Made by a program: the position numbers and the translations under genes. Shown here in pieces: positions 9,286-17,771 of a DNA stretch of 31,446 bases. Below the pieces are notes generated by a model that saw only the letters and a list, made by a program, of their open reading frames with translations, was not told the DNA's origin and searched no databases. How positions within the stretch are numbered: position 1 is the first letter of the stretch; each line of letters begins with the position of its first letter. Source of the DNA: Ignavibacteriota bacterium (GTDB taxonomy: Bacteria > Bacteroidota > Ignavibacteria > UBA10030 > UBA6906); contig CAWDEM010000006.1 of assembly GCA_963801355.1 (NCBI GenBank), forward strand, positions 1 to 31,446, read 5' to 3'.

Positions 9286-11008
9286 CTACTCCCCGGCGAG
9301 GAGCTTCTCGTATTCTGTCTTATATTTCCGGATCGCGCGGTAGAGCGCTTCCGCGACTTTCTGCTGGCCCGCGGCGCTCTTGATGAACTTCTCATCCTGC
9401 CGGTTTGAAAGGAACGCCGTTTCCACAAGAATGTTCGGCATCGCAGCACCCACAAGCACGTAGAAACCCGCTTGTTTCACGCCGTTGCTCCTCAGTCCCT
9501 TGACGCCCGTCATCTGGTTCTGCACAAGTTCCGCCAGGCGCTCACTGGAGCGCATGTATGCGCTTTGTGCCATGGTAACAAGGATGAAGTTCTCGTCCGT
9601 CAGCTCTTTGTACCGGTCTTCGTAGCCTTCTTCCAATTGGATCACAGCGTTTTCCTGTTCGGCAATCGCAATCGCCTCTTCCGTCCGGCCGGGACGCAGG
9701 AGGTAGACTTCGAATCCCCGGCGCGGATGCGGCTTGTACTTCATCGAGTTCCCGTGGATGCTGACGAACAATTTGCCGCTGGCCTCATTCGCAATCTGCG
9801 GGCGCCGGTAGAGCGGAATGAATGTATCCGTCGTCCGTGTGAACACGACCTTCACATCACGCAATTCCGAACGGTCGGCCTTGATAAGCCGGCCGAGGCG
9901 CTGAGCAACACCCAGCGTGATATTCTTCTCCCTGACTCCCGTGACACCGATTGTTCCGGGGTCTCTTCCCCCGTGACCGGGATCGATCACAATCACATCC
10001 AGTTCCCACCGCCTCTTCTGTGAAGAAAGATCGGGCGAAGCATCCCGCGGCGGTTTCTGGTCGGGTTCAGACGAAGCTTTCTCGATCGGCACGTTCTTTG
10101 CATTTCCGAATGCGGGTTTCTCGGTCGATACGGGTTTGTCAGTCGATACGGGTTTTTCGGTCGATACGTGTTTCCCGGTTGAGACAGATTCCTCTGTCGG
10201 TTCAGGTACACGGATCGAGAGCAGAAGGTCATTGGATCCCGTTTCACGCAGGATTTCCGTTGTGGCGATCTTGCCCGTGAGCTTGAATGTCAACTGAACG
10301 GAGGTGGGTGACTGGATTGCCACGACGTTTTTGACGATGCTTGTGCCTTTGACTGCATTGATGCTCTGGACGTCCGCCTTCACATCGGCGATGGTCACAT
10401 AGAACCATCCATCGGGACGCAGCCAGCTCTCGATATCTTCAATCCTCTTTTGTGAAGCGATGCGGATAACCATGCCGTTGGTTTTCGGTTCCAGCGAAAC
10501 GGAGGGGATGTCGTATGCCGTGGGCGGCGGTGCAGTGCCGATGTACAGAATACCACGTGTCATGTCAAAGCGGCCGGACTTGTCGAAGAGGACGTTGAAG
10601 TATCGCAGGGCCGACTGCATCGGAATGAAGAATCTGTTTGCAGCGAAAATCACGTTTGCGGAGAGCTGGTACACGCTTTGTTTCTGTGCCTGGTCCCTCA
10701 CGACAATGAAGGGATTACCTCCGGTCACTTTGATCCGGTACGGGCCGGGCTTCACCTCCATCTTGAGAGTGGAGGGATTTGTGTACGAGGGGATCTGGAA
10801 CACCTGTATCAGATCGCTCAACGAACCATACAGGATTCCCTTTGTGCGGAAAGCGCCGATGACAGTGTTCTTTTCGGGATTGTCGGAGAAGACGATGCGG
10901 ATGGTGTTGTCCTGGGCGTGGGCGGCAAATGAGACGAACAGGAGGAAGTGCAACTGATGAATAATGAGATTGCTTCGGCCTTCCAGGCCTCGCAATGACG
11001 GTTCCCAT
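9286..11008 (-). CDS. N-acetylmuramoyl-L-alanine amidase (Amidase_3) with N-terminal periplasmic domains
   Basis: IVIDPGHGGRDPG, EKNITL, FVSIHGN, ILVETAFLSN. Start uncertain: TTG 10995 in frame, or ATG 11008 with one indel in the signal peptide. Confidence 0.9.
10113..10184 (-). repeat. 4 x 18-bp in-frame tandem repeat in the amidase linker
   Basis: CGGGTTTCTCGGTCGATA-like units encoding VSTGKH/VSTEKP/VSTDKP/VSTEKP. Confidence 0.9.
10966..11000 (-). repeat. GTCATTGCG...GCAATC-type short palindromic element
   Basis: Minus strand CGTCATTGCGAGGCCTGGAAGGCCGAAGCAATCTC. Confidence 0.7.
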
Positions 11009-11013
11009 AATAC

Positions 11014-11167
11014 TCACCGGAATTCCAAATGTGTCAGTGCATGCACAAAGATCTTCAACAGTTCCCAGCGGGGGTGCTTCGTTTGCACGATGTACTGTTG
11101 TTGCACGTCGCGTCCCAGCCGTGCTGTCACGTGTAGTGATAGTGACCGAAAGGGGATGTGTGCTCAT
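11014..11167 (-). CDS. Putative ~50-aa small protein (needs one indel correction)
   Basis: ATG 11167 just after the dehydrogenase stop; shifted frame reads LHVTARLGRDVQQQYIVQTKHPRWELLKIFVHALTHLEFR* and fills the operon gap. Confidence 0.35.
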
Positions 11168-11178
11168 GTGGGTACTTC

Positions 11179-12348
11179 TCAATTGGTAATTGTGTTGATC
11201 TTCACGCCCCGCTGTGCCAGTTCCTTGATCATCTGTTCGCCCGGCACACACGCTTCGGGGGACATAACGCCACGGCTGGTAATGATTCCCTCAGCCAGCA
11301 TTCGCGCCGTGATCGCCGTCGGGAATGCCGTTGTGCGCATCATGGCGGTGATCTGCGTTGATTCATCATAATAATCCACGCACTCATACACAAGCGTCCG
11401 GGGGTTTCCGGCGGCCGTGCCGGTGAGTGTTGCGCGGGCGAGCACCAGGTCTTTGTCACCGGTCGAGAGCTTCCGTTTCAGCAGTTCGGTGAAGAATTCC
11501 CGGGTGGTCGTAACGTTCTGTCCGATCATCAGCGGTTCGGAACCCGCAAAGCCCAGTTCCAGGAGAGTCTTGAACTTCTCACAATGTCCCGGATATCGGA
11601 TGGTCTTATAGTCGAGATGGCGCACCTTGCCTTGGAGCATCCGGGTGAGTGTTGAAATGCCGCCCGACGTATGGAACGCTTCCATCGTGCCGAACGGGGG
11701 AGGAAACGTGATTGATTCGAGTCCCGTCAGTGATTCCACAGTCTTAAGGTTCCCATCCTCAATCACTTCCGCCTTTTCAAGATACTCATTCAGCAGGCCT
11801 TCTGCGGAGAAGACGATCTCATAATTGAGCGGCGGGCGGGGATGTTGCGGGAGTCCGCCGACACGCAACTGGATGCTATCGACGCTGTCAAACTTCTGCA
11901 TGCCCGTGATGGCCAGGATATTAATCAGTCCCGGGGCGAGGCCGCAGTTCGGTACAACCGTAACACCGCGCGCACGGGCGGCCGCATCCATTTTCAGCTG
12001 GCGGGAGACAACGTCGTTGTTCCCGCCGAGATCGCAGAAATGCACCCCTGCGTGGATGGCGGCCAGCGTGAGCTCCTCATTCACGGAGTAGGAGACCGCG
12101 CTGACGACCACTGCCTTCCCCTGCATTGCCCGGACGACCGCGACAGCGTCGCGCACATCGAGCCGCATCGGCGTAACACTGGGGCCGATAGCATGCGCGG
12201 CACGTTGCGCAACCTCATAGTTGATGTCGGCAAGAAACACGTTGTACGATGGAGAAGCTTTGGCCAGATCATACGCCACTGCGCTTCCCATCATGCCGGC
12301 GCCGAGAACAAGAAATGTCATTGTGTTGATCTCCGAATTGGGCATCAT
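11179..12348 (-). CDS. Saccharopine dehydrogenase / lysine 6-dehydrogenase family protein
   Basis: VLGAGMMG, FCDLGGN, NCGLAPG, RVGGLPQHPRPPLNY, YKTIRYPGH, AMMRTTAFP. Confidence 0.9.
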   Translation of the reverse strand: MMPNSEINTMTFLVLGAGMMGSAVAYDLAKASPSYNVFLADINYEVAQRAAHAIGPSVTPMRLDVRDAVAVVRAMQGKAVVVSAVSYSVNEELTLAAIHAGVHFCDLGGNNDVVSRQLKMDAAARARGVTVVPNCGLAPGLINILAITGMQKFDSVDSIQLRVGGLPQHPRPPLNYEIVFSAEGLLNEYLEKAEVIEDGNLKTVESLTGLESITFPPPFGTMEAFHTSGGISTLTRMLQGKVRHLDYKTIRYPGHCEKFKTLLELGFAGSEPLMIGQNVTTTREFFTELLKRKLSTGDKDLVLARATLTGTAAGNPRTLVYECVDYYDESTQITAMMRTTAFPTAITARMLAEGIITSRGVMSPEACVPGEQMIKELAQRGVKINTITN

Positions 12349-12996
12349 TTCAGTATTTCCCCCGTCTCCCTGCTCCAGAACAGCAAGTCCAGTTCATCCA
12401 TCGGTATGCCGATGGCCCCACTGAATTTCAGGAATGCACGTTCGATTGCAATGTAGCGCTTTGCGTCAACGTTTTCGGGATGGATCTGATCACTCCGTGA
12501 CGCTTCAGATTTCTCAGGATGTGTCGGTCGAGAATCGCCAGATTCCTGGTAGCCGATATTCCTGAGAAAGTGCGATGCTTCTTTCCACCCGAGGCCGCGG
12601 ACATTGCGAAGGAGCCACTCCCGTAACGCGGGTCCGTCAGTTGTGAGAGCATCACTGCGGGCCCTGCTCGACTCCAGCTCTGTACAGAGTAATGGATACA
12701 TCTGCCCGTGCCTCCAGAAGGCGGCGGGCTTTCGTATTGTGAAAGCGTATATAGTGCCGGCGATCGCGAAGCAGTGGTGTCGGATCCTGACCGGTTTCCA
12801 GGAAGTTTGCGGCCTGAAGTGCATCCACGACGCGCGAAGCATTGACGGCACTGGATTGCGGCGTCAGGAGACAGTATGCAAGTTCGTAGAACCAGAGCCC
12901 GCGCGGTACCGCTGCGAAGTCGGCCAGACGGGCACGAATGGCGGGACCGCGCAGGGCGTGGGCGGCGATAATATCGTTCACATGTCGGTATGGCAT
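12345..12996 (-). CDS. ogg: 8-oxoguanine DNA glycosylase/lyase, Ogg2 (archaeal/Thermotoga-type); apparent frameshifts
   Basis: ELAYCLLTPQS, IRFHNTKA, HhH VRGLGWKEASHFLRNIG, LAILDRHILR, ELDLLFW and C-terminal Lys (GEILK*). Confidence 0.88.
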
Positions 12997-13023
12997 GACG
13001 CCTTCCTCATCCCAGTCTCACCA

Positions 13024-14074
13024 CTACTCGCCTGCTTGCTTCTTCCGCACCTGCACCAATCCATCCCGTTCCAGCACGCGCAGGATCTTCTCCACCCACT
13101 GAACATCAGCTTTCGTCGAATTCTCGAAAAACCCTTTTGGTCAATGTACCTACTGTGATCCACGACCCTTCTTTCACCCGGCGCAACTGTTCCACGATTC
13201 GTCCCCGGTGAAGGCGGTTGGGAACGCCCCGGTAGGAAGGTTCGCGTTTGGCAGCTGACCGGTTCCCATTGGAATCGTGACCCCCGGGGACCTGACCCCA
13301 TCGGAATGTCGGCCCCGGGTGCTGACCCTATTGGGGCGAGACTCCGGCAAGGCTGGCCCGGGTGGGGGTGGATCCTCATGGGTGCGGGCATGCTGCAACC
13401 TTGTGCGGGACTTGCAGAAACGCACCAGCGGGCAGAGAGTGCAGCGGGGAGTCCGTGCCGTACAGATTGTTGCGCCGATGTCCATCAAAGCCTGGTTCCA
13501 GTCGTATGCAGCCCGGTGCGGCAGCAACCGCGTTGCCAGACTCCAGATCTCGGATTCCGGGCGCATGGCTTCTGCACTGGGCATCGTCCAGAAGAGGCGT
13601 GAGAAGAGACGTCTGACATTGATGTCGACCACGGGTTCCGTCATTGAGAACGCTGATGAGAGGATCGCACGGGCTGTGTACTGGCCGATGCCGGGCAGTT
13701 CACGCAGCGAATCGTAGTCGTTGGGAACTTTGCCTTCGTGTTTGTCGACAACGATTTGTGCGAGAATATGGAGCCGGACAGCGCGGTTGTTGTATCCCAT
13801 TCCCTGCCAGGTGCGTATCACCGCAGCCCGCCGTGCGCGTGCAAGCACGTGGAGTGTGGGAAATGTCTTGATGAACAGCGGGATACTTCTCCAGCACGCG
13901 GCTCACCTGTGTTTGCTGGAGCATGATCTCCGACACAAGAATCCGGTAGGGATTGCGGATTCCGCGCCAGGGAAGTGAGCGGCCATTGCGGCGGTACCAG
14001 CGAAGGACGGTGGTGTGTATTTGGTCATTGCGAAGCCCGAAGGGCTGACGCAATGACGTATTCCCGACTGTCAA
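13024..14074 (-). CDS. mutY: A/G-specific adenine glycosylase, short form; apparent frameshifts
   Basis: RSLPWR, PYRILVSEIMLQQTQV, WQGMGYNNRA, LPGIGQYTA, VVDINVRR, NQALMDIGA, Fe-S motif CTARTPRCTLCPLVRFC. The C-terminal frame reads REPSYRGVPNRLHRGRIVEQLR...LERDGLV. Confidence 0.9.
14024..14057. repeat. GTCATTGCG-type palindromic element inside the mutY 5' end
   Basis: GTCATTGCG-A-AGCCC-GAA-GGGCT-GA-CGCAATGAC. Confidence 0.75.
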
Positions 14075-14471
14075 GCGGCACCGTCACCAGAAGTTGCATT
14101 GCAGAGCATTCTCACCACATCCCTGTTTCCTTCGAGGATGTTCATCCCCAGGAGTTCCTCTGGTTTGACCCATCGGATCGTCTCAAATGCCCGGTTTTCC
14201 GGCTCTCCGCTGAATTCGTGGACCTATAATAGAAGACGCGGTAGGCCATGTCCCCATAGTCCCATTCCTGTCTATGGAATTCCTTCGCAGGCCTGGCGAC
14301 GATGCCGAGTTCCTCATGCAGTTCGCGGATGAGCGCATCGGTGGGGGATTCGCCTGATTCCACCTTACCGCCGGGAAACTCCCATTGTAGGGGGTAGAGC
14401 GCGGTTTTCTTACGCTGGCACGCCAGCACGAGGCCATCGCGGTGCAGAATGCCAACTGCGACCTGTTTCAT
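14071..14471 (-). CDS. mutT: NUDIX hydrolase, MutT/NudG-like (frameshift near 14225)
   Basis: NUDIX box WEFPGGKVESGESPTDALIRELHEELG; shifted frame continues VHEFSGEPENRAFETIRWVKPEEL...GDGAA*; stop overlaps the mutY TTG. Confidence 0.8.
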
Positions 14472-14530
14472 CTCAAAATGTACGAAAACAAAGATCTATC
14501 TCAAATCCCTCAAAATCCCCCCGAATTCAG

Positions 14531-14548
14531 TGTAGGAATATTCCTACA
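14531..14548. promoter_or_regulatory. Perfect 18-bp palindrome in a divergent promoter region
   Basis: TGTAGGAATATTCCTACA, with an extra half-site TTCCTACA at 14564-14571. Confidence 0.6.
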
Positions 14549-14678
14549 AGATCTCTTCCTGTTTTCCTACAAAAGAATCAGACTTTCAGGAATTGACTCA
14601 ATAAGGCGGAGTGGGCAAATTAAGTTGCCTTATTGTATCCGGCTCAGGTACGGCTAAACTTCAAGGTGGGTATCCGGT

Positions 14679-15761
14679 ATGTCCATCAGAGTCTTTATCG
14701 TAGAAGACGAGTTGATTGTGGCTCATGACATACAGAGCCGCTTGCAGCACCTGGGCTACGAGGTTGTCGGGACGGCAAACTCGGGTGAGCAGGCACTGGC
14801 GCAGATTGGCGAATTGATGCCAGACGTTGTGCTTATGGATGTCTCTTTGCAGGATTCCGTAGATGGCGTGGAAGTTGGGGCGCGTGTGCGTGAGCAGCTT
14901 GACATCCCGGTTGTGTACCTGACAGCGTACTCCGACCAGGAGTTGATCCAGCGGATCCAGATCACCGAGCCGTTTGCATATGTGTTGAAGCCATTCGAAG
15001 AGGTGGAACTCCATGCCGCTCTGCAGATCGCCTCGATGCGGCATACGCTCGAGCGGAGTCTGGTCGAGCAGAAGCAGCTTCTCACGGCAACGCTTGATAC
15101 AATAGATGATGGTGTGATAGTCACCGGTGAAGATGGTGTGATTCGCTTTATGAACCCGGCAGCAGAACGGCTTACGGGCTGGACGTTGGGGGAAGCCGCA
15201 TGTCGCCCGCTGCACGATGTCTACCGTTTGAATGATGAAGGCATGCTCTCTGCCAGAGATGGCACGATCCACCGCGTCGAGCCGCGCTCGCACCTCATGA
15301 AGGACAACGCAGGCAACTGGCTTGGCTTTGTACACGCCTTTGCGGATGTCACCGATCGTGAGGCTGCGCGCCGCACCATTCTCCAGCGGGATGTTGAGTA
15401 CCAGATCCTCATGGAGCAGGCAGCGGATGCTATGGTGCTTTTTGATCAGACGGGACGGATCATTGCAGTGAATTCCAAAGCCTGTGAGTTGGTCGGGTAC
15501 ACCCGCGAAGAGCTTCTCGCCATGTCAGTGCAGGATCTTGTGTCTCCGGAGGATTCACAAACAGATCCGCCGATGATTGAATCGTTGTGTGCGGGGATAT
15601 CTTTCGTCAAGGACTTGCATATTCGGCGTGAGGATGGCACACTGCTAAAAATCGAAATTGAGGGCAAGGCCCTGTCCGGTGGCCGGATGCAGGGGATCCT
15701 GAGGGACAGCATATCCGGTCAAGACCCGGGACCAGGTGTCCCTATTCCGCGATGGCCCTGA
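14679..15761 (+). CDS. Response regulator receiver plus two PAS domains, no output domain
   Basis: IVEDE, PDVVLMD, YLTAY, KPF; PAS motifs MNPAAERLTGW and VNSKACELVGYTREEL. Confidence 0.85.
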   Translation: MSIRVFIVEDELIVAHDIQSRLQHLGYEVVGTANSGEQALAQIGELMPDVVLMDVSLQDSVDGVEVGARVREQLDIPVVYLTAYSDQELIQRIQITEPFAYVLKPFEEVELHAALQIASMRHTLERSLVEQKQLLTATLDTIDDGVIVTGEDGVIRFMNPAAERLTGWTLGEAACRPLHDVYRLNDEGMLSARDGTIHRVEPRSHLMKDNAGNWLGFVHAFADVTDREAARRTILQRDVEYQILMEQAADAMVLFDQTGRIIAVNSKACELVGYTREELLAMSVQDLVSPEDSQTDPPMIESLCAGISFVKDLHIRREDGTLLKIEIEGKALSGGRMQGILRDSISGQDPGPGVPIPRWP

Positions 15762-15912
15762 AGTGTCGGCAATAAGTGTTATTGGGGGGACTGAGTAAGC
15801 AGGTACTGGTTCAGAGGCAGGTCGCAGAATTCGTCAAAATATTACACCTAAAATTCTTTTCGAGGATGTCAGCAGACACGTAGTCGCGGGTAGTCAAAAG
15901 TTGATGATTTTG

Positions 15913-15934
15913 GGGCCGTTTTGGCCCTTTTTTT
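15913..15934 (+). terminator. Rho-independent terminator candidate
   Basis: GGGCC-GTTTT-GGCCC followed by T7. Confidence 0.5.
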
Positions 15935-16070
15935 GTTTGTACAATGACCAACCTTGGCCCATCGGAAAGATTAAATTTTGCCTGAAATATTATCGACTCT
16001 GAAAGCGTCTATATAGTAGGGGGGGTATGATAGGAATTCCGTTTTTCCATAACCTTCAGGAGACCCCATC

Positions 16071-16496
16071 ATGGCCTGGATCGAAAGTCATCAACAAATC
16101 CTCGACCACCCCAAGACCCGCAGATTGATGAAACTGATGGAGTGGGATGTTGACACAACCATCGGCAAACTTCACAGGCTCTGGTGGTGGTGCATCAGCT
16201 ACGCATCGGATGGTGATCTGAGCCTCTTCACTCTCCAGGACGTCGGTGACGCCGTCGGACTATCAGGAGATGAGACAGAGAAGTTCATTACTGCGATGGT
16301 TCAATCACGTTGGCTGGACGTTGAACCCTATTTGCGAATCCATGACTGGTGGGATTACGCCGGACCGTTGCTGCGTGTGAAATACAGACGCCATCCTCAA
16401 ATCTGGCAGAGAGTAATGCTATTGTACAAGAGTGAGGACGACACGGACAAGCAGAAACACACCGAGCTCAATTTTACCAGCCACTCCGGTAAATAG
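16071..16496 (+). CDS. Phage-type replication initiator / replisome-organizer-like N-terminal domain protein
   Basis: RBS AGGAG; MAWIESHQ..DHPKT, IGKLHRLWWW, DGDLS, IHDWWDY resemble prophage replication proteins (recognised by eye). The true 3' end may lie further downstream. Confidence 0.6.
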   Translation: MAWIESHQQILDHPKTRRLMKLMEWDVDTTIGKLHRLWWWCISYASDGDLSLFTLQDVGDAVGLSGDETEKFITAMVQSRWLDVEPYLRIHDWWDYAGPLLRVKYRRHPQIWQRVMLLYKSEDDTDKQKHTELNFTSHSGK

Positions 16497-16511
16497 CGCT
16501 CGTAGTTGAAC

Positions 16512-16594
16512 TTGTACTGGTACAGTCCATCCCATCTTTAGCATTTGTACCGGTACTGTACCAGCCATCTTGGGGATTTGTACCGGTACTGTAC
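16512..16594 (+). repeat. Three iteron-like direct repeats at 33-bp period
   Basis: TTGTACTGGTACAGTCC (16512), TTGTACCGGTACTGTAC (16545), TTGTACCGGTACTGTAC (16578); core palindrome GTACCGGTAC. Confidence 0.8.
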
Positions 16595-16630
16595 ATGTCA
16601 TGTTCTGCTTCTTGTCACGACAATGTACCG

Positions 16631-16705
16631 TACCACCAAACCTAACCTAACCAACCTAACCAAACCAAATCATACCTAATCAAACCAACCACACCAACAC
16701 CAACC
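16631..16705 (+). repeat. 75-nt G-free A/C-rich tract of AACCT/AACCA-like units
   Basis: TACCACCAAACCTAACCTAACCAACCTAACCAAACCAAATC...; no G between 16630 and 16706. Confidence 0.85.
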
Positions 16706-16728
16706 GCCGTTCCGGTACGAGAACAGAC

Positions 16729-16737
16729 TGTGGATAA
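16729..16737 (-). promoter_or_regulatory. Consensus DnaA box
   Basis: TGTGGATAA = TTATCCACA on the minus strand; single copy. Confidence 0.45.
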
Positions 16738-16950
16738 GTCGCATTGAGCGAAAGACGGATGGTGATGAAGAAGAAGGTAATGTATGAATTGTAACCCTTG
16801 TGTGTTTCTGGGCGTGTGATACAGATCACCGTTTCAGTATATCTTCAGGCCCGATATTGCAGTTAGTTGACAGAGACTCCTTGGTTTAGTATCATTAGAA
16901 GGGGGGGATTCTACTTCCTCATGCTTGTAAATCCATACTGTCAAGAGAAC

Positions 16951-17652
16951 CTATATTCCGTGCACCAGCCGTCTTGCGAGGAATTCAGGCAGGCCGGCCT
17001 TCCTGATTGCCGATGCAGTGGACGCGACGTCGTATTCGACGCGCTTGATAGAAACGGCTAGGGGATCGGTGTCGAGGAGAGCGAATGCGGCCCTGGGGTT
17101 GCCATCGCGTGGCTGCCCAACGCTGCCCACATTGATGAGATGTCGTTGTCCTTTTTGGTAGCCATTGGCTGTCCCATCTGCTGCGATGATAGCGGGGATG
17201 TGTGTGTGACCTATGCAGCAGAATGTGGTAGCAAAGTGGCCGAACATCTTGGTTGCGTCATGCCAGGTTGCCACATATTCCCAGTTTTGTGGTTTTCTGG
17301 GTGAGGCGTGGACATAGGTAACATCGTCAGCTACACGCGTGAAAGGGAGTTCTTTAATGAATTCCTTGTTCGTTGCGGTCAGCCGGGGGCGGGTCCACTC
17401 AATGGCAGCTTTTCCCTCCGTGTTGAAATCCTCAAGGGGGAGGACTCCAACCGCTCCAGCATCATGGTTACCTCTTACGACAATATCGCATTCTTGGCGC
17501 ACAAGGGTTATGCATTCATTGGGAAATGGGCCATATCCTACGATATCACCCAGGCAGACAATTGCCTTTGCGCCTTCTTTGTAAGCCCTTTCAATCACAC
17601 GATGAAGGGCTTCCAGGTTCCCATGGATATCAGAAATGATGGCAACACGCAT
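16951..17652 (-). CDS. Calcineurin-like metallophosphoesterase
   Basis: ISDIHGN, LGDIVGYG, RGNHD, HASP, GHTH, NVGSVGQPRDG. Confidence 0.92.
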   Translation of the reverse strand: MRVAIISDIHGNLEALHRVIERAYKEGAKAIVCLGDIVGYGPFPNECITLVRQECDIVVRGNHDAGAVGVLPLEDFNTEGKAAIEWTRPRLTATNKEFIKELPFTRVADDVTYVHASPRKPQNWEYVATWHDATKMFGHFATTFCCIGHTHIPAIIAADGTANGYQKGQRHLINVGSVGQPRDGNPRAAFALLDTDPLAVSIKRVEYDVASTASAIRKAGLPEFLARRLVHGI

Positions 17653-17771
17653 AATGCCAATCTACAAAGAATTCGCTGAGACACGCAACTGCTGTTTTCC
17701 AGCGGATATTCTTGGCATTTGAACCGAACTCCTTTTTTCCCTATTATTGATAAGTAAATAGGAAACCTCCC

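Noticed and set aside
16512-16705. Repeats as a CRISPR array or telomere-like repeat
   Set aside because: The 33-bp period is too short for repeat plus spacer, the inter-core segments resemble each other, there are no cas genes, and the tract is internal and irregular.
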